From a virus (taxonomy: Duplodnaviria; Heunggongvirae; Uroviricota; Caudoviricetes), in IMG/VR virus record IMGVR_UViG_3300032038_000006: a stretch of 64,000 nucleotides of DNA, one strand, 5' to 3'. Below the pieces are notes generated by a model. The model saw only the letters and a program-made list of their open reading frames with translations. It had not been told where the DNA came from and searched no databases. Numbering within the stretch: the stretch's first letter is position 1; the number at the start of each line of letters is the position of its first letter. This document shows positions 1 to 9,884 of this stretch, piece after piece. The position numbers were made by a program, and so were the translations under genes.

Positions 1-161
1 CCTACGAAAGGTCGTGGGCCCAATATTAGAGGTAAATTAAAGGGACATTTCCATTAAAATGGAAAGCCCCTATTAAAATTTCCTTTGGTTTTATTTTGAG
101 TGCCTGCGCACGCTTCGTCCCAAAAGTCAAATATTTAATTATTAATTAAGGAGGTAATCTA

Positions 162-968
162 ATGGTTAGACACTTATATACTATCGAACGTTAGTCCATA
201 TATTAGACTACTCGAGAGATGGTGGCAACTGAAGACTATATTAATATTAATAATATTAATATAGATAATTAGAATAAAGTAGGTACTAAAATTACTAATA
301 ATAAGAATACCGTGATTGTAATTACATTTATAGGTACTTTAGTATTGGAGTCCATCAAAGAATTTCAGACCCGCTTACAATAGATAGTCAACGAGAAAGG
401 CTTAAGTTGTAAATATAAATATAATAATAAATTATATTTGTGTCTGGCTTAGCCGCGAGATAATGAAGGCGTGTTTAAGCAGTGCGGCGTTATCTGGCAC
501 CAGTACTCAATGCCGTAGTTGTATAGAGATACTGAGATTGTAGAGCTGAAGAGCGACCCTGATACTGACTGGAATTTCGCTGATAAGAAGTGGCAGGACC
601 TCTGGTATGAGAAGGTAGAATGGTTGTTAATGAGAAGAAAGCCCGTCCATGTTGCGTTCTTCCTTGGTTTCGTTCTCACTTATACTTAGTTCCAGTATGA
701 GAAGGACCCAAGTTGCTATGACTATCGCAGCTCATATGAGTTTATAAGTTGCTGCCGCGGCATCGAATGTTTGGGTACTGTCAATAACTTGACATCTCAC
801 GCATTTTATAAGTATGTAAAGCCTGCGCTCGAAGGCAAGCCACAGTACGGCGTTCTCGATAATACCTACTCAATGTGGGATGGTTCGCAGCTCACACGCG
901 CATATTACGCATATATTATTCCATTTTGGGATAAATACTTTACAAAGAAAGGGGAAAGCGACGCATAA
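162..968 (+). CDS. Hypothetical protein, 268 aa, TAG-recoded
   Basis: AAGGAGGT RBS then ATG162. Frame is open to TAA968 except for 7 in-frame TAG. The track ORF 771..968 is its C-terminal fragment (same frame). Followed by a terminator. Confidence 0.8.
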
Positions 969-989
969 GCGCCGCTTTTCTCTTTTTTT
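946..989 (+). terminator. Rho-independent terminator after the 162..968 gene
   Basis: GAAAGCG...CGCTTTTC stem followed by a T-tract. Confidence 0.6.
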
Positions 990-1002
990 ATCTAAAAAAT
1001 AC

Positions 1003-1031
1003 TTGACTTTTTTTATAAAATGTGGTATAAT
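1003..1031 (+). promoter_or_regulatory. sigmaA-type promoter with no downstream ORF
   Basis: TTGACT(1003)-N17-TATAAT(1026) with extended -10 TG; reads into the AGCTC repeat region. Confidence 0.6.
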
Positions 1032-1134
1032 TAAGTGAGTATATATTTTTTTTTAAAAAATTTAACTATTTTTGCTATGTAATTGTTAAAAATTTTAACA
1101 AAACGCCCGGTCCACTCTCCGAGAGAGGCAAGTC

Positions 1135-1302
1135 GCAGCTCACCAGTAGTTAAAAAATTTAACTAAATGCCGCGGCCCAGCTCACTACAGTGCATAACCC
1201 AGCTCACAGGCGCGTAAAGGCGCAGCTCGCCCGGAGTCGCAGCTCACCCAGCTCGCCCGGATGCAGCTCACGAGCAAACGCAGCTCACAGACGCAGCTCA
1301 CA
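1135..1302. repeat. Cluster of ~9 short (G/C)CAGCTC(A/G)C repeats
   Basis: gcagctcac/ccagctcac/gcagctcgc recur every 10-45 bp in a GC-rich non-coding patch. Confidence 0.85.
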
Positions 1303-1516
1303 CGGACGTTTAACGCAGAGAGCGGCGAGGCGCCTTGTCGGTCCATGCCGCGAAGGGGCGATGAGGGGAGAACACTGTTAATAAAGTATGAATAAGTTAA
1401 ATCATTTAACTTGGCCCGGGTCGAACTTCGCCACTTCACAGTACTAAAGTCCTTCCGGTCCAAAATGGCCCGGGTCATGTTAGCGGAGACTAACTGGATA
1501 ATAAAAAAATGGACGT

Positions 1517-1921
1517 TTAGCACGTCCATTCTACGAGATAATCCGCTATGGGATAGTCTTTGTAATATTCGTTAATAAATTCGCCTATTGGGTCATCGTA
1601 AATTGTTTTACTTATTCCCACGAACTCCGCAAGATTGAAGTATTTGTTATCGCCATAAACCTCAATTGTAAAAAGGTCTAACCCAACGAAAAAACTATCA
1701 AGAAATTCGCTGTCAACTAACTTCTGTTTATCATTGAGATACTCGCGCAAATCATCGCCATTTACGTCTTTTCTGTCTTTGTTGTGGTATTCGGCAGTTT
1801 CACCGATTAGGTCTGATTTCTTGAAAGCGGAGAACTCCCACAACCTATCGTAAAACTCGCCCCATTTATCTGACGGAAGCCTGATACCTCTGATAATTGT
1901 TATAAAACTTGAATAACTCAT
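1517..1921 (-). CDS. Hypothetical protein, 134 aa
   Basis: ORF with ATGA overlap to upstream ORF; TAA stop inside terminator hairpin. Confidence 0.75.
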   Translation of the reverse strand: MSYSSFITIIRGIRLPSDKWGEFYDRLWEFSAFKKSDLIGETAEYHNKDRKDVNGDDLREYLNDKQKLVDSEFLDSFFVGLDLFTIEVYGDNKYFNLAEFVGISKTIYDDPIGEFINEYYKDYPIADYLVEWTC

Positions 1922-2082
1922 TCTTCCTCGTCTTCCTCATCGTCAATAATTTCCTCGCCGTCAGTGCACCAATATCCTTCTCTATCAGCAATTTCCATTG
2001 CTTTTTCCTGTGCTTCATCAAAATTGTCCGCTTCAATCTCGCCTTCCCATTCAAGTGATACTTTTACATAATACTGTGCCAT
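1918..2082 (-). CDS. Small acidic hypothetical protein, 54 aa (MAQYYVKVSLEWEG...DEEDEEE)
   Basis: Directly downstream of promoter and RBS; TGA overlaps ATG1921. Confidence 0.7.
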   Translation of the reverse strand: MAQYYVKVSLEWEGEIEADNFDEAQEKAMEIADREGYWCTDGEEIIDDEEDEEE

Positions 2083-2114
2083 ATTTAAGCACCCCTTTCC
2101 TTTACTGTAATTAT

Positions 2115-2143
2115 ATTATAGCATATTTGTGCTGCCCTGTCAA
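2115..2143 (-). promoter_or_regulatory. Representative cassette promoter (about 30 similar copies between 2.1 and 17.7 kb)
   Basis: Minus strand TTGACA(2143-2138)-N17-TATAAT(2120-2115), extended -10 TG, then conserved leader ATAATTACAGTAAAGGA / ATATATAGTAAAGGA. Same layout recurs upstream of nearly every small ORF/RNA. Confidence 0.9.
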
Positions 2144-2236
2144 TAGTTTTTTGTTAGTATATGCTAACGTCGGCCCGGGGCGCTTTCGCACCCTAAAGTG
2201 CGAAAGTCTTTTTATGATTTGTCGGTATCGTACATA

Positions 2237-2449
2237 TTAAGCCCCCTTTCTTATTACACAGTAAGATATTTCGAGTTTGCCGTCTGGAGTGGGATAGCCA
2301 AGGAAATCATAAAATTCCTTTTTAGCGGCGATTACAGCAGTATCGCTGTTCTTTGCCTTTACTCTGTAAATCTGAGATTTAGGTCTGCCGCCCTCGTCAA
2401 ATATGAATGTCAGTCTTACCTCATAGAGTTTAGTGAACATATAACTCAT
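2237..2449 (-). CDS. Hypothetical protein, 70 aa
   Basis: Promoter plus AAGGAG RBS place the start at ATG2449, not the longer track start. Confidence 0.7.
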   Translation of the reverse strand: MSYMFTKLYEVRLTFIFDEGGRPKSQIYRVKAKNSDTAVIAAKKEFYDFLGYPTPDGKLEISYCVIRKGA

Positions 2450-2700
2450 CTCCTTTACTATATATATTATACCATAGAATATTATAGTTGTCAACACTTT
2501 TTTGCTAGGAGACGCTAACACCCCGGTCAAAAATTTTTTTCAGTTAAAAGTTTTATATGGCGGGAGGTATTGAGTTTAAAGGCGGAAAGTTACTATTTCA
2601 ACCTCTCGTTAATCATCAAACGCATTATATTGAATCGCACTGGATTTTCAATAAACTCAATCAATTCGCCCCGAGCGGAGTTAGTTAAAAAATTTGTGGT

Positions 2701-2889
2701 CTACTCAAGGTAGACCACAAGGAACTCACCGTCATAGTCAAATGACTGAACGAAAAGCGCAGTACCAAGTATGCCGTAAAAGCGTATAGGTGCTACACGT
2801 ATTACCTCGCCAGTACGTGCGATAACTGCAACTATGGTGCAAGAGTAACCGCACATACGGAGATATGCAAGAAGCCATTGAAGCCGCAT
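2701..2889 (-). CDS. Hypothetical protein, 62 aa if TAG is stop here
   Basis: Promoter plus AAGGGG RBS; ends in TAG embedded in a 9-bp hairpin GTGGTCTAC/GTAGACCAC. Confidence 0.6.
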   Translation of the reverse strand: MRLQWLLAYLRMCGYSCTIVAVIARTGEVIRVAPIRFYGILGTALFVQSFDYDGEFLVVYLE

Positions 2890-3022
2890 TTCACGTTCCC
2901 CCTTTCTATTATTATTATAATATAGATGTGCCGCCCTGTCAATAGTTTTTTGTTAGCAAGGACTAACTCGGCCCGGGGCGGCATTAAATGTTTTAACTAA
3001 TTAGGGTAAAAGAAAAAGCGGA

Positions 3023-3412
3023 TTACTCCGCCTTTTCCTTTTCTGCCTTTTTCTTGGCTCTTGCCGCCTTGTCACGCTCTGCCTTTGCGGCGGCGTTTGC
3101 CTTTTCCTCTGCCTTTTTCTTGGCGTTGGCTTCGAGTGTTCTCTGCCATTCTTCGGCAACCTTGTAACCGTCAAAATAAGGCTTGTCGTTCTTGCCCCAT
3201 TTGTGTGCCTGTATGGACTTTGCTATTGGATAGGGGAACTCTAACCACATCATAGCACCGTCAAGGGGAGATTTGCCGATAGGAACGAGGAAACCCTTTT
3301 CATCAGGATAGCAAGCACCATACTGCTCATTAAGGAGCTGTTCAAGTACCTTTATACCCTCTGCCTTATTCGCCTTTTCAACGCTTGCTCTTGTAACTTT
3401 AGTCTCAGCCAT
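3023..3412 (-). CDS. Hypothetical protein, 129 aa, Lys/Ala-rich C-terminus
   Basis: Promoter, RBS, TAA, terminator. Confidence 0.8.
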   Translation of the reverse strand: MAETKVTRASVEKANKAEGIKVLEQLLNEQYGACYPDEKGFLVPIGKSPLDGAMMWLEFPYPIAKSIQAHKWGKNDKPYFDGYKVAEEWQRTLEANAKKKAEEKANAAAKAERDKAARAKKKAEKEKAE

Positions 3413-3578
3413 ACTTATGACCACCTTTCCTTTACTGTACTTATATTATACCATACCTTATGGCGAAAGTCAATATGGCAAAATGACGAAAGTAATCAAC
3501 CTCATCGCTATATTTTTGTGCAAATCGCTGGGCGTCCGGGCCGCACTTCACTACGTTAAAGCGAGAAAGGGCGGTCAC

Positions 3579-4028
3579 TTACGCAACCGCCTTTAATACT
3601 CCGAGTATATCCGTTACATCATAAGCACCAACGCCCCATTTTATGCGGTTTGGCTGTTCATCATCAAACAGAATACCGCTTGATATTTCGTGCTTTGGTG
3701 TGCCGTAAGGTACAATATACACATTGTTGAATTTTACTGACTTTAGGTGTTTTGCTAACCAATTTAACTTAGCAACCTTTACACGCTCGTTATATTCAGC
3801 AGTACCACTTTTTGAAGTCCAAGAGATTATGTTAATTATATAACCTTTTCTCTGTAAAGCGTTCAAACGTCTTGCAAGTGCTGACATATTAATAAGGGGC
3901 TTTGCTATGTCATAGGGGCGAGTATCACCGTTGATTAAGTCATTTAACCAGCCGTCCACTCCGTAGAGGTCTGCGATAGTTCCATCAAGGTCAAAATTTA
4001 TAATTTTGGGAAGATTTGCATTTGTCAT
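3579..4028 (-). CDS. HAD-superfamily hydrolase (5'-nucleotidase-like), 149 aa
   Basis: N-terminal FDLDGT (DxDxT) motif and C-terminal ILFDD motif. Confidence 0.8.
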   Translation of the reverse strand: MTNANLPKIINFDLDGTIADLYGVDGWLNDLINGDTRPYDIAKPLINMSALARRLNALQRKGYIINIISWTSKSGTAEYNERVKVAKLNWLAKHLKSVKFNNVYIVPYGTPKHEISSGILFDDEQPNRIKWGVGAYDVTDILGVLKAVA

Positions 4029-4123
4029 ATATACAACCGCCTTTCTTTATTTCCTTTACTATATATAGTATATCACATTCTATTACTATTGTCAAGTATT
4101 TTTAAAAAAATTTTTCATTTAAC

Positions 4124-4639
4124 TTAATCGCCCGGGTTAGCATATTCCCAATGCATACCATTACAATGAGTTGCAATACCTCTTACACATTCAGAAATAT
4201 GAGTATGAGGACATCCCGTTTGACGTTCTGCTTCTCTCATACTGTCATAAATGATTCCTGTCTCAATGCACTTTACTTTGTGCCCTCTTGACTAACTATA
4301 TTTTTTCGCTCGATTGCCATAGTTCAAATTTTCCTGATGAGTACACCACTATAAATTATCTAACCAATTATGCGTGATATCTTCATCAATATGATTTACA
4401 TCCATTGTTTCCATATTTTCAATAGGATTAAAAGTTTCCATAACCAATCTATGAATACGGAACATTTTAGATTTACCGTCTTTTGATAGTGTTACAAATA
4501 AATACCCATTACTTGAAACGCTATGTTTTAACAATCTATCCTATTTACATTTCGGACTACCAGCAAGTCTTTTCACATTTCCCTAATCACTGACTTGATA
4601 ATATCCTTCATATCCTTTAACGTCTTTCCAATTTTCCAT
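4124..4639 (-). CDS. NUMOD4-HNH homing endonuclease, 171 aa, TAG-recoded
   Basis: MENWKDVKGYEGLYQVSD*GNV (NUMOD4), IHRLV...VNHIDED...DNL*WCT (HNH), KVKCIETGIIYDSMREAERQTG (NUMOD1-like). 4 in-frame TAG; TAA at 4124-4126; GAGGTG RBS. Confidence 0.88.
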
Positions 4640-4822
4640 TTATATCACCTCTTTAAATTTGGCACTATTTGTACCTTCATTAATAAAGTAAATTTTTGTA
4701 CCATTTAATATAATAAATTAGGACCAATTTTAAAATGAAATGTTAGCACCACCTAACGGCGCCCGGGTCAGTTAGCAGACACTAACTTGACTGGAGAGAG
4801 AACCGCCCCGAAGGGCGGCACC

Positions 4823-5017
4823 TTATCTACAATAAACTATTTCTTTACGGTCGTGGAAAATTACAACGCTTGACGACTTAATATCACCAAGAGCAACCGC
4901 CTTTGCTGTTGTGATGTATTCACTCTCACGATTAGGGGAAATGCAAGGCGGCATTACCGTAACGGTATAATCGGGGAACTGCTCGGCGAAACGCTTGTTT
5001 ACTGTGTATATACTCAT
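4823..5017 (-). CDS. Hypothetical protein, 64 aa
   Basis: Promoter, RBS, ATG5017. Confidence 0.65.
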   Translation of the reverse strand: MSIYTVNKRFAEQFPDYTVTVMPPCISPNRESEYITTAKAVALGDIKSSSVVIFHDRKEIVYCR

Positions 5018-5119
5018 TTTCCTCAACTCCTTTACTATATATATTATATCATAGTCTACAAAAGATGTCAAGTTTTTTTTGTTAGGAGAAACTAACATCG
5101 CCCGGGCCGCTTCACCGCA

Positions 5120-5281
5120 TTAAAGCGATGAAGGGTCAATATTTAACTGATTTAATATATCTTCTTGATATATAGTATAAACTTTATTTAATACGTCTGG
5201 CGGGCAACAGTAAAGAGCATACAAGAAATATAAAAGAGTTTCGGCATCTGGAAGTCCTATACATACTTTTCGTTCATTCAT
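5120..5281 (-). CDS. Hypothetical protein, 53 aa
   Basis: AAAGGGGG RBS; stop lies in the junction hairpin. Confidence 0.45.
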   Translation of the reverse strand: MNERKVCIGLPDAETLLYFLYALYCCPPDVLNKVYTIYQEDILNQLNIDPSSL

Positions 5282-5308
5282 TTAATTAATCCCCCTTTGG
5301 GGCGGCAT

Positions 5309-5974
5309 TTAAGCCGCCTTTGGTGTGTAATATGTTCTAACTATTTTCTTATGATAAGAGAACAGATATAGTAAAATTATTAACTCGCACCATACGTCCT
5401 CTAAAGCCGTATGCTTTTCGTTAAATAATTCATCGTGTGTAATATATCTGTAAAGAATTTCAGCGGTAAGCCTAACACGATTATTTTTTGTTAAATAGCC
5501 GTTATCCTCGCAGTATTTTCTATATGCTGGCGATTTGCCTAAAATCTGCTGAGCCATACGCAAAGTACACCATATTTCTATACCCCAAGGAATAACACGA
5601 CCATAACCGCCAACCGCCTTATTTGTGTTATTTAAAGCGTTATTGTCAAACCTTGCATTGTGGGCAATTACCGCACGAATAGGGTACTTTTTAAGAAGTT
5701 TACGGATAGTATAAAATGCTGTTCTCCAACGCACCATTTTACGAACGCCGTTTTTCAAATCTTCTTCATACTGAGGAAGTTTGTCTGCATAATAGGCGGT
5801 TTTCATTAGTTCTTTCATACCAACGTATACATCATAGATAACGAAATTATACGTTTCGTATATATTGCCCTGCCTGTCTACAACTGCCATACCTAAATCA
5901 TAAACGAACGGATTTTCTAAATCTCCGCACGTTTCAGTATCGAGTTGTAAGTAAAAATGTTTACGTCTACCCAT
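5309..5974 (-). CDS. DEDDh 3'-5' exonuclease (DnaQ-like), 221 aa
   Basis: ExoI LDTET, ExoII HNARFD, ExoIII HTALED motifs. Confidence 0.88.
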   Translation of the reverse strand: MGRRKHFYLQLDTETCGDLENPFVYDLGMAVVDRQGNIYETYNFVIYDVYVGMKELMKTAYYADKLPQYEEDLKNGVRKMVRWRTAFYTIRKLLKKYPIRAVIAHNARFDNNALNNTNKAVGGYGRVIPWGIEIWCTLRMAQQILGKSPAYRKYCEDNGYLTKNNRVRLTAEILYRYITHDELFNEKHTALEDVWCELIILLYLFSYHKKIVRTYYTPKAA

Positions 5975-6138
5975 TTGGTATCAAGTCCTTTCCTTTACTG
6001 TAATTATATTATACCACACTTTGCATATCTTGTCAACACTTTTTTGTTAGCATAGACTAACTCGGCCCGGGCCGCGGTTAAAAGATTTAACTAATTGGGG
6101 CAAAAGAAATGACCGCCGAAGCGGTCAAATCTTTTTAC

Positions 6139-6576
6139 TTAGTCGGCGATGTCCTCGCCGTCCTCGTCCTCGGCGATGTCCTCGCCGTCCTCGTCCTCGT
6201 CCTCGGCGGTTACAAGAGTGTAACCCTTTACAGTGCCCTTGCCCTTGACCTTTACGTCAGAAACAGTGATAGCACCGCTGTCGGCAAGCTGCTTTGCAAG
6301 AGCCGAAATCTTCTGTGTGGACACATTCAGAGCAGTTGCAAGGTCAGAAGCCTTCTTGGTTGTGCCGTCAGCAAGAGCCGCAAGGATAGCGGACTTGAAG
6401 CCGTCATTCTCAGCCTTGTGTGCAAGTGCGGACTTGGACACCTTACGCTGTGCGTTCTTCTTGTCAAGGGCAGTGATACGAGCCTTTGCGAAGTCTGTGA
6501 ACTCAGTGCCGAAATCGCCCTTTACGATTGCTGTAAGGAACTCACGCTCAGTCTTGAAAGTAACAGTAGTAGCCAT
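6139..6576 (-). CDS. Winged-helix HTH DNA-binding protein, paralogue 1, acidic tail
   Basis: ASDLATALNVSTQKISALAKQL HTH plus KGKGTVKGY wing; near-identical blocks in 7478..7885 and 9885..10277. Confidence 0.8.
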   Translation of the reverse strand: MATTVTFKTEREFLTAIVKGDFGTEFTDFAKARITALDKKNAQRKVSKSALAHKAENDGFKSAILAALADGTTKKASDLATALNVSTQKISALAKQLADSGAITVSDVKVKGKGTVKGYTLVTAEDEDEDGEDIAEDEDGEDIAD

Positions 6577-6720
6577 AGTATGCTCCATTTCTCCCACACT
6601 TAGGTAGTGGACACCATAGATTAGATTTTTCGGAGTGGAGTATCTCTCTCACTCTCTGTAATTATTATATCACATTTTCTGTGATTTGTCAAGGGGTTTT
6701 CAATTATTTTTATTTTTTAA

Positions 6721-6788
6721 CTGAAAGCCTGTTCGTCAACAGTGGGGAACAAGAGCCGTAGTTCTCGTTTCGTTCTCCCCTTGACTAC
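6721..6788 (-). ncRNA. Candidate small structured RNA, copy 1
   Basis: Own promoter, no ORF; hairpins CGAGA-ACTACGGC-TCTTG and CTGTT-GACG-AACAG; paralogue at 8193..8258. Confidence 0.55.
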
Positions 6789-6931
6789 ATTTATATTATA
6801 CCATATAATATGGTATTTGTCTACTGGCAAAATGCACAAACCTCATTAACAATATGATTAAGTTTTTGTGCAAATCGCCGGCGGCCCGGGCCGCTTCACT
6901 GCATTAAAGCAATGAAGCGATAGAGTTTATC

Positions 6932-7171
6932 TTAATCAATCCCCATTTCTTTTAATCTTTTAACTTGCTTTTCATTGTGGCGGTCAAAAATTCGATATGA
7001 AACAGAAAAACTACATCTATCGTCTGCTTCAATCACAAGGGCGGCATAACTATTATTTTCAATATATCCTTCATATCCCATATATCCAGTAAAAACGGCT
7101 ACATAACGTGGTTTAGAAAGGTTAGGATAAAAAGGTTTCAAGGGGTTTTTGTAAGTATTTTTACGTTTCAT
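6932..7171 (-). CDS. Hypothetical protein, 79 aa
   Basis: AAGGGGTGA RBS, ATG7171. Confidence 0.7.
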   Translation of the reverse strand: MKRKNTYKNPLKPFYPNLSKPRYVAVFTGYMGYEGYIENNSYAALVIEADDRCSFSVSYRIFDRHNEKQVKRLKEMGID

Positions 7172-7182
7172 TGAATCACCCC

Positions 7183-7320
7183 TTACGCATAAGCCTTGCA
7201 AGCAAGGTGGACGGACTGACGGAGTTTTTTCTTTGCAGTTCTCTTAAACTCCTTTTTGGTCATATAGTCGAGCACCCACTTGCCCATATCATTTCTCTTG
7301 TATGCATTGCTCTTAGTCAT
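7183..7320 (-). CDS. Small basic protein, 45 aa (MTKSNAYKRNDMGKW...LACKAYA), paralogue A
   Basis: Promoter plus AAGGAAAGGCGGTCATC leader; paralogue at 13507..13644; absent from the ORF track (<60 aa). Confidence 0.75.
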   Translation of the reverse strand: MTKSNAYKRNDMGKWVLDYMTKKEFKRTAKKKLRQSVHLACKAYA

Positions 7321-7477
7321 ATTGATGACCGCCTTTCCCTTAACTCTATATATATTATAGCATAAATGTGCCGCCTTGTCAATAGTTTTTTGTTAAGTAA
7401 TGCTAACGGCCCGGGCCGCGATTAAAAGATTCAACTAAATGGGGCAAAAGAAATGACCGCCGAAGCGGTCAAATCTT

Positions 7478-7885
7478 TTACTCTGCGGAAGTCTCCGCAG
7501 GAGCCTCAGCAGGAGCCTCAGCAGGGGCGGCGAGGGCGTAACCCTTCACCTTGCCCTTACCCTTGATAGATACATCAGTCGCAACGATGTCTCCAGACTC
7601 CACAAGCTGACGAGCCAGTGCAGAAATCTTCTGAGTAGACACGCCAACAGCGGCAGCGAGGTCGGAAGCGGTAGTGAACTTGTCGGCAACGAGAGCCGCA
7701 AGGATAGCGGACTTGAAGCCGTCATTCTCAGCCTTGTGTGCAAGTGCGGACTTGGACACCTTGCGGTCTGCATTCTTCTTGTCAAGGGCGGCGATTCTGC
7801 CCTTTGCGAACTCCACGAACTCAGGCTTGAACTCACCGTTTACGATTGCAGTAAGGAACTCACGCTCAGTCTTGAAAGTAGCCAT
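7478..7885 (-). CDS. Winged-helix HTH DNA-binding protein, paralogue 2, (APAE)n tail
   Basis: TFKTEREFL...KVSKSALAHKAENDGFKSAIL...STQKISALARQL. Confidence 0.8.
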   Translation of the reverse strand: MATFKTEREFLTAIVNGEFKPEFVEFAKGRIAALDKKNADRKVSKSALAHKAENDGFKSAILAALVADKFTTASDLAAAVGVSTQKISALARQLVESGDIVATDVSIKGKGKVKGYALAAPAEAPAEAPAETSAE

Positions 7886-8041
7886 AGTATTCTCCATTTC
7901 TCCAACACTCAGGTAGTTGGCAACGCTTAGATTAGATTTATCAGTAGGGGTCTTTCCCTTACCTTCTGTAATTATTATACCACATTTTTTGTGGCTTGTC
8001 AAGTAGTTTTGAGAAAATTTTTCTTTTTAACTAATTGACGT

Positions 8042-8115
8042 TGGTGCGCCTACGGGGATTTGAACCCCGACTGATTGATTAAAAGTCAACTGTGCTACCC
8101 TTACACCACAGGCGC
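8042..8115 (-). tRNA. tRNA-Lys(TTT)
   Basis: Acceptor GCGCCTG/TAGGCGC, anticodon arm GTTGA-CTTTTAA-TCAAT, T-loop GTTCAAATC, encoded CCA, own promoter. Confidence 0.92.
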
Positions 8116-8192
8116 TTTCCTTATCTTCTATATATATTATATCATATTTTAGAAGATTTGTCAAGGGGTTTTCAATTATTTTTATTTTTTAA

Positions 8193-8258
8193 CTGAAAGC
8201 CTATTCTTGATAGGTTTGGAGCAAGAGCCGTAGTTCTCGCAACCTCTCCCCTTGACTA
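8193..8258 (-). ncRNA. Candidate small structured RNA, copy 2
   Basis: Same promoter context; invariant GAGAACTACGGCTCTTG and GGCTTTCAG; second hairpin CCTAT-CAAGA-ATAGG covaries with copy 1. Confidence 0.55.
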
Positions 8259-8404
8259 TATATATTATACCATATAATATGGTATTTGTCTACTGGCAAA
8301 ATGCACAAACCTTATTAACATTCTCGACCTCTTTTTGTGCAAATCGCCGGCGACCCGGGCACCAGTTAAAACTTTTAACTTTATATGACGGAAAAGGGCG
8401 GCGA

Positions 8405-8752
8405 TTACTCGCCGCCCTCGTCCTTTGCGTAATGCTCTGTAATATCGTCAAATGATACGGCAATACGCTTTCCGCTTGTATTCCAAGTACGAACCTTTGT
8501 GCCAGTCTCGACAAGAATATCAACAGTAAATCCGTCCTTGTTCTCAATCTCATCAACCTTAGCAACGACAGTATTCTTTGAGAACTTTGCTCCGTCCTCT
8601 GTGTAGAAATCCTCGTCAATGTGAGCCACGTTATCAACACCGAACTCGTTTACAAGTGCATTGTAGATTATAGCGTTAATGTGGTCACGAATAAGGTTCT
8701 GCTTAGAACGCTCATTTGTACACTCTGAAAAATCAAATCTCATTGACTTCAT
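8405..8752 (-). CDS. Hypothetical protein, 115 aa
   Basis: Promoter, AAGGAG RBS, TAA in terminator. Confidence 0.8.
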   Translation of the reverse strand: MKSMRFDFSECTNERSKQNLIRDHINAIIYNALVNEFGVDNVAHIDEDFYTEDGAKFSKNTVVAKVDEIENKDGFTVDILVETGTKVRTWNTSGKRIAVSFDDITEHYAKDEGGE

Positions 8753-8822
8753 CTCCTTTACTATATATATTATATCACATTAGGGGCAATTTGTCAACCC
8801 CTATGCGATATAATTTTTTCTT

Positions 8823-9032
8823 TTAACCCTCGAAGTCAGGAGTGATAACCGCCACAAGGTGTGTTATTTCCTTATGATTGTAAAAAGAATAACAATGAAC
8901 GTCACATTCTCCGTCAGTGTCCGCTTCTCTTTCCGCCCATATGTTCGCCGCCTCTTTCATTGATACACCTGCGGCAAGCAGTTCGTCGCCCTCGTATTCG
9001 TCAAATACATTAACAAGTATAGTATCTCTCAT
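8823..9032 (-). CDS. Hypothetical acidic protein, 69 aa
   Basis: Promoter, RBS, ATG9032. Confidence 0.7.
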   Translation of the reverse strand: MRDTILVNVFDEYEGDELLAAGVSMKEAANIWAEREADTDGECDVHCYSFYNHKEITHLVAVITPDFEG

Positions 9033-9184
9033 AAGAGCACCGCCTTTCTTAATTTCTATATATATTATAGCATATATTTTTAGAGTTGTCAACCCTTTTT
9101 TGTTAGGGGAGACTAACTCGGCCCGGGTCAGTTAGCACTGACTAACACTTAACAACAAGAAAGGGGCATAAGCCCCTTTTGTTA

Positions 9185-9679
9185 TTAGATATAATCATAG
9201 TCATCAATATTGTTAAATTTTGTATTGAAATACTGTGGGATTACGTTTTCATTTTTAAGTCCATTTGCCTTAATATATTCAAGTGCTTCTGCTTTATAAG
9301 CAGTTGAAAACATAACATAACTGTCATTACCGAAACCGTCAACTATTCGTTGTATAGTGTAATAGTCTGCATCGTCTGGAATTTCGTATTCCTCTTTAAA
9401 ATATTCAAAGACAATTTCTTTGTCCTCATCATCTTCGTCGTCTTCGCAAGCAGAGAAAATTTCGCTCCACTCACACATTACATCAGAAAAATTATCAGCA
9501 TTAACTTTTACGTTGTCGCCGTCTTTGTAAGTGTGAATAATATCTTCCATTGAAGCGAATAACTCTCTCTGCTGTTCCTCATTAAGCTGTGGGAGAATTT
9601 CGTCGAAATCCTCTTTATCCTCGATAGTAGCGATAACATCACCATTGACTGCATAAAGACAAATAAGGTTTTTTAACAT
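9185..9679 (-). CDS. Hypothetical acidic protein, 164 aa
   Basis: ORF with promoter, AAAGGA RBS and terminator. Confidence 0.8.
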   Translation of the reverse strand: MLKNLICLYAVNGDVIATIEDKEDFDEILPQLNEEQQRELFASMEDIIHTYKDGDNVKVNADNFSDVMCEWSEIFSACEDDEDDEDKEIVFEYFKEEYEIPDDADYYTIQRIVDGFGNDSYVMFSTAYKAEALEYIKANGLKNENVIPQYFNTKFNNIDDYDYI

Positions 9680-9884
9680 ATTACCAATCCTTTCACTTTA
9701 GAACTCATGTCCTTTACTGTAATTATATTATACCACGTTTAATAGTATTTGTCAACTACTTTTTGTTAGTACAATCTAACCGCGGCCCGGGCCGCCCGTT
9801 AAAAGATTTAACTAATTAGGGTATGCGGTCGGCGTGGACTATTGCCCACGCCTCGACTTAGTTATTTGTTTTTACTGAGGGCGA

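Noticed and set aside
1185-1529. Track ORFs 1185..1529(-) and 1190..1381(+)
   Set aside because: They lie over the AGCTC repeat/junction DNA, have no RBS and give low-complexity translations.
6745-6770. Amber-suppressor tRNA (CTA in the GAGAACTACGGCTCTT loop)
   Set aside because: The loop is 8 nt, lacks the U33/purine-37 context, and has no D or T arm. No tRNA(CTA) was found anywhere in the window.
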